From: Antedon mediterranea
Lineage: Eukaryota > Animalia > Echinodermata
Direction of reading: 5' to 3'
DNA length: 64,000 nt
Assembly (NCBI RefSeq): GCF_964355755.1
Contig: NC_092672.1
Location: 35,470,437 to 35,534,436, forward strand
Position 1 is the stretch's first letter. Every line of letters begins with the position of its first letter. Under the pieces are notes generated by a model. It did no database searches. It was not told the origin of the DNA and was given only the letters and a program-made list of their open reading frames with translations. Made by a program: the position numbers and the translations under genes. Positions 38,830 to 50,422 of the stretch are shown here, piece by piece.

Positions 38830-39921
38830 GACGGGTGGTAGCCAAACATTTAAATTGTTATTATGTCAAGTCTGAGCATCATCTACATGAACATACATGC
38901 ATATAAAACATTTCATAGCACCGAGACAGCATAATGACATCTTATTGGTAATTCAATGCTGTGGTCCCACATAGACTGTTTGGCAAGATGCGTAAACTGG
39001 GAGTATCACTGCCGATATGCAGATGGGTGTTGGACTTCCTCAGTAATAGATCACAACGTTAAGCTGAGTAATTTGATGTCGGATAAAGCAGTAGTTAGCA
39101 CGAGAGTACCACAACGGTGCGTACTTCCCCCTTTTTTATTTTCTTTTTATATTTATGATTTTGTTGTTTCCTATGACATCTGTCTCATGGTCAAGTTTGC
39201 CGATGATACTACAATCGCAGGGCTTATAACAAATAATGATGAAGTAGAGTACCGAACTCAGGTCGATAATGTAATACACTGGTGTGCCTATAGCAACCTA
39301 ATATTAAATGTTATCAAAACAAAGGAAGTCGTCGATTTTAGGAAAAAAATAATTTATGAATAACCTTTTATACTGTGGGGCACGTATTTGGAGGATCTTC
39401 AGAGATGAGGTATTGGGCATGTCGGGATGAGGGGGTTCGCAGTCGGTTAAGGGGGTTCGCTGTAAAGGGGGTTTCGCTGTAAGTAGGGGGGGGGGAGGGG
39501 GGTGGGGGTGTGGTTAACCAAACCCCCTGGCTCCGGGCCTGATATGTAACCTTACAAACAATATAAAATAATTTTTTTACACAAAATAAGAAAATAAAAA
39601 CACACGTTTCTCCATTTGCATTTTATTGCTCGTTTTAAATAATTGATTGTTCATTGATTTAATCAAAGTTAATTAATTGCAATTTATTTTTCTTATTGTA
39701 TATTTATACATTTCATTCGGCAGTTGTCTCTTATGTTTATTTACAGTATTGTTCGGCCGTTGTTTGGGTGATCAGAGTTTTCCATCACAACATATTTACC
39801 TTTTTCTATTTGATGTCCTATATTTCATTTATTTTATATATTTTGTCATCTACTTATTATATCGTTGTACCACAATACACTTCTATGTATTTTAATTGTA
39901 GGAAATCAGAATTAACAATCT

Positions 39922-42733
39922 TTATACAACCGTAATTTGAATGTTTTCTTCACTGACACCCAAATGTTCTTCAATTTCGCGACGGATGCATTTTTCAAGG
40001 ATCTTTTTTTGACTCTCTTCTTCCGCCTTATTCCGTATTATTACCTCAAGAAGAGGTAAAATTCCAGCAATAAAAACAGCTGCATATAGATTCACTTGTT
40101 GTAACTCATCGAAATCAGCGATGGCCTTTACCGTTGATAAACTTACCCAAATTACTAGGCTCAGAATTAGAAGTTTTATGATTATAATTAGAAGTTGAGT
40201 CTCTGGTGGTCTATACTTTGTTACAATGGTGTCAAGAAAGAAGAAAGTCTTTTCAATAGTAGTTAAGCCTTCAGTGTCTTGTCGGATTACGGGTAAAGAT
40301 GTGCTATCACTTGATGATTCAGGATGTCCATTTGAAGGATCAGTAAGTTGTGGGTTAAAAGCAGATTCTGCTGCAGTGCTATCTGATTGTACAGATACAG
40401 ACGTATGATCTGAGAGAGTATCTGTAGGTTGTGGGTTAGAAGCAGATTCTGCTGCAGTGCTATCTGGTGCAGCTAAATGATAACGTTCACCATTGTCATT
40501 GGTCCTTACTATCTTCTTTACCTTCGTCCATATATCCATTTGCATCGTCTTTATCTTCGTCCGTGTATCCCTTGGCATCGTCTTAACCTTCGTCCATATA
40601 TCCCTTGGCATCTTCTTTACTATCGTCCATATTTCAACGACATCACGGTCCTCATCATCGTCCTCGTGGTCCTCATCATCGTCCTCGTGGTCCTCATCAT
40701 CGTCCTCGTGGTCCTCATCATCGTCCTCGTGGTCCTCATCATCGTCCTCGTGGTCCTCATCATCGTCCTCATGGTCCTCATCATCGCCCTCGTGGTCCTC
40801 ATCATCGTCCTCGTGGTCCTCATCATCGTCCTCGTGGTCCTCATCATCGTCCTCGTGGTCCTCATCATCGTCCTCATGGTCCTCATCATCGTCCTCGTGG
40901 TCCTCATCATCGTCCTCATGGTCCTCATCATCGCCCTCGTGGTCCTCATCATCGTCCTCGTTTTTAAATTGTGGAAAAGAGGGCAGTTTATCACCAGAAA
41001 CTTGCACCACGTTATCTTTGATTAACTCATCAAATACTGAAATCACTTGCTGCAGGAGAACCACATATCCTTTGTAATAACCTGTTATAATTGAAATGAC
41101 GTAACCAATGATAATTAAACTAATCGCTGCAACGACTCCAGCAGTACCAGGCTTTACCAGCAAGCCGATGTAGAAGTACCAAATAATATTAAATATGTAT
41201 CCAATGGATAATCCCACCTTTGTAAACACAATCATCATCATACCAAAACCACCACCTGCCCCCATCGCAATATATATCAATGTCGTAATTTTTTTTATAG
41301 TAATATTATTATTATTATTATTAATTTTTGTCAAGTTTACAAACGGTGATATCATTAAACGCATGACAAGATAAATTATCGGTAAAGACACCAAAATAGT
41401 CAGCATACCGTAGACAATTAAGAACGGTACTAAAAGAATAAAAAACATAGTAACATGTATTCCTATATTGTTTATTTTTAAAAACTTCCGAAACCAGTTT
41501 AACCCATCCTTCCAGTGGGAACTTGAAACAATTGATTTGATCGTTTCCTTACAAACCACTGTAATTATTTTTTGGAAGTTTCAATATAATATGTAGAAAT
41601 AAACGAACAATAGACAAACCTTTAATGTCGGACAAATTAGAATATCTATTCATAAAATCAGTTTCAAACCAGTCTTGGCACGTTAAACAGGTTATCAACA
41701 GGGTAATGCAAGCAAGTATATAAAATAAATTAATCCAAATATTTCCCTGGCAAAATGTATTATCAGGCTTACACTCTGGTATGCCTTCAATGTTCTTAAG
41801 CGCTGCACGACGACGGTAAAAAGAATCACTGTCCAAAACATTAGCAATGATGTAAGGTATAAATTGTAGAAAACCGAAAAGTGCCCATAGTATCAGCCAA
41901 CGTAGAATAAAAATACAGTTATATTGATTTCCACTATGTAATAGAAAATACTTAGGGCCCATTGGTAGATCAGTCCGTAAGCTCAAATATTCGTTTCCAT
42001 TCTCATTCATTGGTTTTACGCGACACAAAAACGAGACAAGGAACAAAATAAAATATAACGAGAATATAATATTATAAATAAGCCAGTTAAATATCGTATA
42101 CAAGGAATGTTTCATAAATTTACTAAGTTCAACTGACTCATCTTCTGAAATTTGCCAGCATTGAAAGTACGTACTGCTTTTAAGAATAGCGTAATAACCC
42201 CCAGACGCTAAGTTAATATCCCTTGTGCTGCTAAAATTGTCAAGTTTTCGTTCAATACAAACCTCTTGTTTCGCATCTTTGTCATTTTCGAGCTGAAGAA
42301 GGGAATTTGCGATTACGTTCAATTTGTTTTCGTTGTCAACTTCAAAGAAACACTCGGGTGCTGAGGTGACGTTTAAGGAGATGTGTTCCACACCAGGAGA
42401 TAGAGTTCCCAGTGATAGAAATTCAAAATCAAATGGAAAAGTCAAAAGGAGTTCACCGATTTCCCCGACAGCCACAACCCAGTGGTTGACGTCAATGACT
42501 GTTGTATTTTTATAAAAACTTTTTCCAACAGAATCAGAAGCATCAACAAAAGATAACAACTTTACGTTGATAAAGACAGCATCACCTTTTAAGAGTTCTT
42601 GCAAGACATCTGAGCCATCCATCTCCAGTAGACAGGTAGTGTTATCGGATTGGATCCTTGTAGAGATGTCTCTGGATGACGTCACAACACACATGGCTGC
42701 TAGAAGAAGTAAGATGCTCCGAAAACGTGTCAT
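39922..42733 (-). pseudogene. Uncharacterised multipass membrane protein, copy 4 (20-bp deletion; ORFs 41549-42733 + 39922-41559)
   Basis: Relative to copy 3, CATTTCAAACGAAAGTTTGT is missing at ~41550, giving a frameshift and immediate TAA after KNNYSGL. Confidence 0.85.
40646..40960 (-). repeat. 21-bp coding repeat (EDDDEDH), ~15 copies
   Basis: GGTCCTCATCATCGTCCTCGT tandem; adjacent 33-bp repeat (~40510-40635) and ~81-bp repeat (~40340-40465). Confidence 0.95.
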
Positions 42734-42927
42734 GGTTTGAGGAGTAAAGATAATGACTCTGAAAATAATCAATTAATATATATTTGAAAATGTGTTGTAC
42801 TAGACTACTGTAAACATATTACATCCATGATTTAGGGGTGAATTTTGATGGTCCCCTTAAATTAATTTTAATAGGACTACCTGTTGTCATTATGTGTCGT
42901 AAATAAACCCTATCTTGCATTACGGTA

Positions 42928-43244
42928 CAGACCTCCCAACTTGGAAAATGAAATATCGGGACGTTTTATGAGATTATATAGGGTTATATAATGCGTGCCA
43001 ATGCATTGGTAACTCATTATTAAACAACACACGATTGGATTATAAACACTATACGGACCGATATTAGTTTGTTTTCTATTTTCTTATCAATATCTAGGGT
43101 AGCAGAAATGATAAATTTATACATATCGGGCATTTGATTGGTTTATCCAATCCAAAATATCGGAAAAAACATTTTAGCGGGAGATCGAAAGTTGTCTCGC
43201 AATATCTGGAGACTTCTGCCATTATCGAGAGAGTTGAGAGGTCT
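42928..43244. mobile_element. hAT-like MITE upstream of copy 4
   Basis: CAGACCTCCCAAC / GTTGAGAGGTCT ends; interrupts the conserved ATTAC.GTA|CTTT.CACC upstream motif. Confidence 0.65.
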
Positions 43245-43350
43245 TACTTTCACCTCTCAAGCATTTTGCTTACTGGCAAAGATCTTTCAGGATCTTTTTA
43301 TAATCTTTTATAATGTTTGTGTAGATAGGGCTATATAAAAATAACTACTA

Positions 43351-43537
43351 AGGCCAATTTACACAGACGAGCGGTAACGGTAATAACAATATAGAATATA
43401 TGTTATTCCTTATGACCATTTACACATAACGCGAAGTGGACGGGTGGTTTACGCTCACAAATATACAGATTCTATGTGGCACAAGCTACGCGGTTTTCTG
43501 CTTTATTACGGCTCGGATCGTCTGTATAAATTGGCCT
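43351..43537. mobile_element. Harbinger-type MITE
   Basis: AGGCCAATTTACACAGACGA / TCGTCTGTATAAATTGGCCT; imperfect 3-bp TSD (CTA/TTA). Confidence 0.75.
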
Positions 43538-43806
43538 TTATCATTTATTTTGTGAATATAAGCAAAGGTATAGATGCCAGTCGAATAACTTACCACAGTC
43601 CACGACGAAAAAATTGATTGCCAAAATGAAAAACAGTGACACAACACCTCGGATAGAAGTAGCAGATTATGTAATTTGAATAGAATTAGTAGTCAGCCTC
43701 AGTTGCACTAAGAAACGGGAGAAAATAAATATAAATGGCCAAATTTCGATGGGAGAAATAAATAATAATAATTCAATAATTTTTTAGTCGTATTTACATT
43801 ATATTA

Positions 43807-44550
43807 AACAAGGCCATATAGATGGCTGCAGTCGCGTGCTCATTGGTGTTTACCGACCGACCGATCAACCTACCAACTGACCGAAATTACTGAACATGTT
43901 TAAAAATGTTGAAATGTTTAAAAACATTTATATTTTTTTAATTTCCACGTGCGTAGCCTGTCACTTTTGACGTGCTCGTATAACGTAATTTCGAGTTGAA
44001 AAGTAAGTCAAGAAAACATAAATCGGGCAAAAAGAGTGCGCAATAACATTTAACGCGCAGTGCGAGCGCAAAAATCTGCGCACTTATGGCAATTTTGTAA
44101 AAGCTTAAAATTGCCTGAAACGTACTCATCGAAAATAAATTTTGAAAATTTTAAGCGCGCGTACGCATGCGTTACATGCGCTACGCACGTAATTGTATTG
44201 CCATATGATGCTTTATGCCCTGAAATTTATGAGTACCAAATTTTATTTAATTGTGATTCATGGTTGTGAAGATATGATTACAAACGTGATTTCGTTACAT
44301 CGTGCGTACACCGCGTAATGTTTTATTGCGCACCGTGAAAACATAACCACATCGATTCCTGGTCATAAGGAATATACTGTGAAAAATTGACTTAGCTAGA
44401 TTAAACTGATATCAAGATAAGGTCAGAAAGCGATAAAACGCATAGTGATACCGGACCGACAGACAGACCGACAGACAGACCGACAGACCGACAGACAGAC
44501 CGACCGACCGACCGACATAGTGAACTATAGAGTCGCATCCGCGCGACTAA
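43807..44550 (-). mobile_element. DINE-1/HINE-like element, inverted copy of 28835-29680
   Basis: High-identity reverse complement including core and microsatellite. Confidence 0.9.
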
Positions 44551-45154
44551 TAAGTTATATATAAAAGATAATTATTATCCTATTTATAGAGGAATTAATT
44601 CAGTATACGGCTACATGATCTCGATGTGCCACCTAAAACTAGATTAGGCCTATGTTAAATATTGATCTTTTACATTACTTTTGTTATTGAATTAATACAA
44701 ATATAAACTCTACCACAGGACAAAGCGATCCGACTGAGATACCATTGTGTCGTAGCATATCTGTATAAAGGTTCAAATGTTCTGTCTGGGATTTTGACCG
44801 GCAATTTACAAATGATTTCTTAATTAAATATTTCGTATAATTATTATAAATTTCTACTTTTAATTGGTCTAGGCCTTATGTTTGATAAAGTGGTAAAAAT
44901 GTCAGTCGTTAGTGAAATCAAATTAAATATGAATTTATGTTGATATTAATAGTTAAGAAAGGGAAAAGTGTACTGTATAGTTGAGCATGTACTTTGATTT
45001 TCAAACATAGACCTACGTCGTCACAAGGTGTCTAAAAATCATGGAGTGTTCGCGAAAATATCATCACATATCTAAAGTACGGTACGTGATTGACAGTCAT
45101 GTGGCGTGTTTAGCCAAGTACTCAAGATAATTGAATTTATAAATGTCATAATAA

Positions 45155-45686
45155 AGATGTATTGTCCCTTTGACTAATTCCAAAAAAATAAAAAATTAAA
45201 GATTTGGAAAAAAGTGGGTCATTTTGAAGTATCATAATAGTTATTAACTTTCACCAACAATTAGTCGGGAAAAAAAATCAGTTAACTGAAATACAGAAGT
45301 TTTTTTGTTCAAAAAATAACTTTGACTTCCAGTCAAAGTTTTCGATCAAAACATATCTCATAATGCAACGCACTTGTTTGGCTACTCTGTATGCATAATC
45401 ATAAATCTTCCTCGCGATCTGTGTGAAAACACCTTCTCAACCGTGACGATTTGTAAACAATCCTAATTAGCATCATGCATAATGCATACTCGTGGTTTGA
45501 AATCTTTGTTTACTTTCGCTCGCAACGATTTTCCAGACGAAATGTAATGAAATTAATTCACTTGTTAATTATGTAAACGTGTTGTTTTTGGCTCGAATTT
45601 TCGACTTAAAGAGAATAACTTAAATATTACTTTGATATGGCCAATTTAAATTTAGAATATTTTGTGTTTCAAGGGAAAATACATCT
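45155..45686. mobile_element. Kolobok-like MITE
   Basis: AGATGTATTGTCCCTT / AAGGGAAAATACATCT, right end followed by TTAA. Confidence 0.7.
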
Positions 45687-46049
45687 TTAAATTTAATAAT
45701 AAATAAATGAGTTTTTAGAATGACCGAATTTCGAGCCTCGGCATACCGTAACTGAGCTTACTATGACTATTATTGCTATTATACGCATATATTGCGTTAT
45801 CATCTTATAGTGCTTTAGTAACTGATTATGTAAAAAAAAAAATTTTTTTTAATGTGACATGCGCAGAATCACATAATGTGGTCTGTGCTTATTTTCGTTA
45901 TTTGCAAAATTGTATGTAAATTTCTAATTGTTCCGATTTTAAAATCTAAATTAGGTGATATTACGAGGAAAGGCAATTATAGGCAAATAGTGTTAGCTAT
46001 AGAGTGATATCTAAGGTAATAGAATCTGTATTAATTAAATTGTCCTGAG

Positions 46050-46500
46050 ATAGCCTTAAGTCATGTGATCATCAGTTTGCATTTAAATCTGGTCACTCCA
46101 CAGATACATGTATATTTGTCTTACAACAGGTTAATTAATTTTATACGCGGCAAAATAGCCTGTATATGCTTGCTTTCTTGATGCTCTAAGGCATGATAGA
46201 GTAAATCACAGGACTATTTTAAAAAAAATTCTTATCGTGTTGGTTAAATGGGGAAGATCCATCTCCCGATGGTTCTATTTAAGGAACGAGTGTGACAGGG
46301 CGGAATCATGTCTCCATTAGTGTATAATGTTTACATAGATGATCTGAATGTAGCACTTAGTAAATGTGGTTACGGGTGAAGAACTTCAAATATGGTTCTA
46401 AATAATTTAAGTTATGCTGATGACATGACCATTATGGCTCCAAAATATTGTTAACGTATTTGAGGAGTATGCTCTACAACATGATGTTATATTAAACAAT
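46050..46500 (+). mobile_element. Degenerate non-LTR reverse transcriptase fragment
   Basis: QFAFKSGHSTDTCIF, QGGIMSPLVYNVYIDDL, SYADD motifs with frameshifts. Confidence 0.7.
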
Positions 46501-47655
46501 CTATCAATAATTGACATGCGCAGACGCACATAATGTGTTACCTCAACATATTTTTAAAGTCGAAATTTTGGCAATTTTAGTAAAATATGTCGATCAAGAG
46601 TACATGTCAAATTATATTGAACTTGAAATGTCGTAATGTTTACATTTATTTATACACAAATAACTGAAAGAACATTTATTTTTATAGATACTCAGACACC
46701 ATTTTCACTCGAGCTCCTGTGAAATATGTTCCGAAAAACGGTTTCTACATTACAAAATTAATTTTTTTAATAGCAAAATATTATATTCAATAAAATACTG
46801 TAAGTTTCAGTATTGATCTAATGTAAAGTTCATTAACATGGATTTATTTTGTGATTAAAGGTATAGATGCGAGTCAAATAACTTACCACGACGAAAATAA
46901 TTGATAAAAATCACCAATATTGACACTTTCTAATCGGACAGAAGTTGGTAAGAAGCACAGCAGCAATGCAATTTGAATAGTACCAGTAATCGGCCTCAGT
47001 TGCACTAAGAAACGGGGGGAAATAAATATAAATGGCCAAATTTCAATGGTAGAAATAAATATAATTTCAACATGAAACGGTATATTAAAATCATTACATT
47101 GGTGGTTATCAGTTTCGAAATTGTAAAACATTTTAGAATTGAATTGAATAATATAAAGTCTTACCTTGTGCATTCGCCTTGATACTCGTTGTAGGCCTAC
47201 AAATAAAAAATGCGTATAGTTACAGACTTATATATGTATTTATCACAAGTATAAATATAACATTTTTTCTTAGTAGTATTTACAGTAAAATAGTTAGTAG
47301 ATATGATTAATGAGATAGCATTTTCTTATCAACTGGCAACCAATTCAGTATACTTTTGATCATGTGCCGCCTAGAAAATAAATGTGTTTAAACATTGATT
47401 TCTCGCATTGCTTGTTTTAATTAAGTATCTGTGACTAGCGGTTTCTAAGATACATAGTACGTTATTAAAAATGGCCGCCATTAGGCTACTTCCCGTTGTC
47501 GAAAAATGTTCTAACGTTGATAAATGTGTTCAGTAGGGTCTAAAGAACACATTTCATAAAAAAAACCATTTCTTGCAATTTGTGAGGTTAAAGTCTAAAT
47601 CCCATGGACTATTTACACATAACGCGAAGTGGACGGGCGGTTTACGCCCACATAC

Positions 47656-47830
47656 TACTATGACACGCATGTAAACACAAACAGCATTTACTTCTCTAAC
47701 GTCAAGAAACTCGACAATGTAATGGTTTTATAATTCATTCTCTACTATGACACACATGTAAACACAAACAACATTTACTTCTCTAACGTCAAGCAACTCG
47801 ACAATTTAATTGTTTTATAGGCCTAATTCT
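47656..47830 (+). repeat. ~86-bp tandem duplication
   Basis: CTACTATGACAC.CATGTAAACACAAACA.CATTTACTTCTCTAACGTCAAG occurs twice. Confidence 0.85.
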
Positions 47831-47929
47831 TTAAAGAATACCGATTTACCCTTTATGACATTCTAACTGTAATTATAACAGTGAAGGTGTAAATAAACAT
47901 CTAGTTATTCACTATTGTGTTATTTACTA

Positions 47930-48172
47930 ACATCGAAAACATCCAATGTATAAGTATACCCTTCGTAAAACTTATGTCAGATGTTGCAGTAATTAGTTCC
48001 GTAAACTAAGTTTGATATTCGCCATAACACTATGTCATATCATCAAACGACTTGTCAAAGTAATTATTCTCTAAAAGATTGTTAACAAATACCGATTTAC
48101 CGCAGGAAAGCGGTCCGCAAATCACACTAAACGCCCAATCATTGTCATTGCGTTCTTAAATTGAATTTTCAT
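47930..48172 (-). pseudogene. Fossil P-loop ATPase resembling Polinton/Maverick (A32/FtsK-like) packaging ATPase
   Basis: Manual translation: MKIQFKNAMTMI/VICGPLSCGKSVFVNNLLENNYFDKSFDDMT*CYGEYQT*FTEL..ISFTKGI; Walker A plus xCYGEYQ motif; stops and a frameshift. Confidence 0.6.
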
Positions 48173-48364
48173 ATAAGTAGTTGAACAAAAGGAAAAAATG
48201 TAACAAGAATCATGAAACAATTATTTTTTATGTAACAAATTTAATGACAAAATAAATTTTATAACAAATTTAATGATAACATTAAATGTATGTAAAAAAA
48301 GATTCTTGATAAATTATTTTTTATGTAACGAATTTCATGACAATTTTTGTTTCTTGTGTAACAT

Positions 48365-49700
48365 GTTTCTGTATACCAGAAATGATGTTAGTCCGTTTTC
48401 GTCTACAAAACGTGAAAAAGTGATCACTTAGTCCAATAGGAATTACTCCACTGGCCTTAATTGTTAAGGGATCACTGGCAAAGATCAAATCTATTGCTGA
48501 GCTATTGTTATCACTGATCCTAGTTGGTTCAGTGATAAGTTGTTCAAGGCCGAAAATATTACAGAAGTTAGTCACTGACTCATAGTGTTACGATTACAAT
48601 TTAAAACATTTACATTAAAGTCTCCAAGAATAATACTTTCTTGAGCATTGAAGTTTCCAACAGTCATAAGCAGGTTTTCTAAACAGTTAAAAAATGTACC
48701 TTGTTTTGGTGGGCGATAGCAAACACCGGTTAAAATTGGCTTCGACTTTGGCAAAATTATATCAATCCATGCATTCAATATCCTCTCTGTCCAAATCATT
48801 TCTGACTGAATATGAAATAGTATTGTGGATATATAAACACACTCCACCCCTTTTTCCATTTCTGTCCTTCCTTTCTATGGAGAAATTTTCAATTTTTATT
48901 TCAGCATCATTGATTGAATCAAACTCACTTATTGCAATGACTGATGCGTTCGTATTTTTTGCAATATCCCGAATTTGATCGATTTTGTTACGTAAACTTC
49001 TAACGTTAAGGTGAATAAATATCAAACCCTTACCACGAAGAAGTTTACCGTACAGTCTAACTCGTTGAGCAGCCTATCCTCGTTATCCAAATTGGCATTC
49101 AACAACTCCGTGTGCGAAACATCAGATAATTATATTAATAGTGTAATCTTCAAATAATGAATCACTGAAGTTAGGTACCATACATGAGTAGCAATGCTAA
49201 TCCGAATCCGATTTGGCAAGGCGATTATATTCTCTAATAGAGATATTCGCACATTTAATGTGGTACCATGAGTCGCATCCATCGCAGCAGATAGATACCT
49301 CGTTGATTTGATTTCACAGATCCTGAACACAGCCCACATGGATCACAAATTGTGGGTCCAGGGTTAGTCGATATATTTCCACTTAAAACAAGAATCATAA
49401 AAGCAAAATGTCTCAATAAAACTCCAAGTCGTATTGCCCGTGTTTTTGTTTTTCCTCCGTGAACGTGTTTGCGTGGATATACATTTTCTGTGCTGTGCTG
49501 TGATTCCATGTTGGCTTGTGAAGAATTCCTTTAACGGAATGTTTGTACGCAAACCATTGGAATTTCTCGGGACAGGGAAAACCGCGGATTACTCATTCTT
49601 GTGATATATATTCTTTGACAGTACTTACAACAACGTGTAAATTAACTAGAGCTAAATTAACAGACAACACATTCTAAACCGCTCGGTGTTCTAGTTAGGA
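48365..49700 (-). mobile_element. CR1-like LINE 5' part: 2A-like NPGP, PHD finger, APE endonuclease (degenerate)
   Basis: LVLSGNISTNPGP, CGLC..CDGCDSWYHIKC, IHLNVRSL, GVCYRPP, ILGDFN, EPTRI..SAIDLIF..LSDH. Confidence 0.85.
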
Positions 49701-50422
49701 CATCTGCATACCGCTATTTATTAGAATAAACTACCCGGGCGTTTATTTTTGTTTTTGTCTTGTGTGGGATCTTCCCACTTTTATTATAATTCTCAGATTT
49801 ATATGTATATATATTATATATAAAATAAAGGTACATTGTAGCAATTAATTATTTGTATGAATATTTCTATTTCTGTTGTATATTACTAAGATTGTTACAA
49901 GTTAACAAGTAGTTAAAAAGTAGGCATATTTACATAAAAAGATGATTGATTTCAATATAATAACCATGCTTTCATTTACAATTTTAAAAAGATGTTAATT
50001 AAAATATAAAGATAAAAGATGGTAATAAAAGTCTATGAACTGTCATTAAAAACGTACTTATAAAATCTTGTTCATGTTCTGGTAGAGAGGCTATAAACTC
50101 AGAGGAGGAATATAAAATATCCTCCCTTTTCACCAAGACAAAAAGGATGAGATGAAAAAAGAGGAATGCAAAAGTTTGAAAACTAGATAAGGATGATAGA
50201 GTGGAATGAAATATTTAAATGAAAACCGTAAGGTTAGAGTCCATACACCGTGCAAGTCCAAGATGCCATTTTGGCTCTGTGTGTATGTGAGACGCTTCAT
50301 ACCCGATGACATCTTATTATAATACTACTTCTACTTCTGTATACAATTTGTAATTGGGAAATAAACAAAACATATTGCATTTTAGAAAACATGAAAAAAA
50401 AAACACTTCATACAGATTATAT

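Noticed and set aside
40477-41077. Low-complexity ORFs (poly-S/W, VLII, HHRPRGP, MMRTT)
   Set aside because: Alternative-frame or antisense readings of the 21-bp EDDDEDH repeat.
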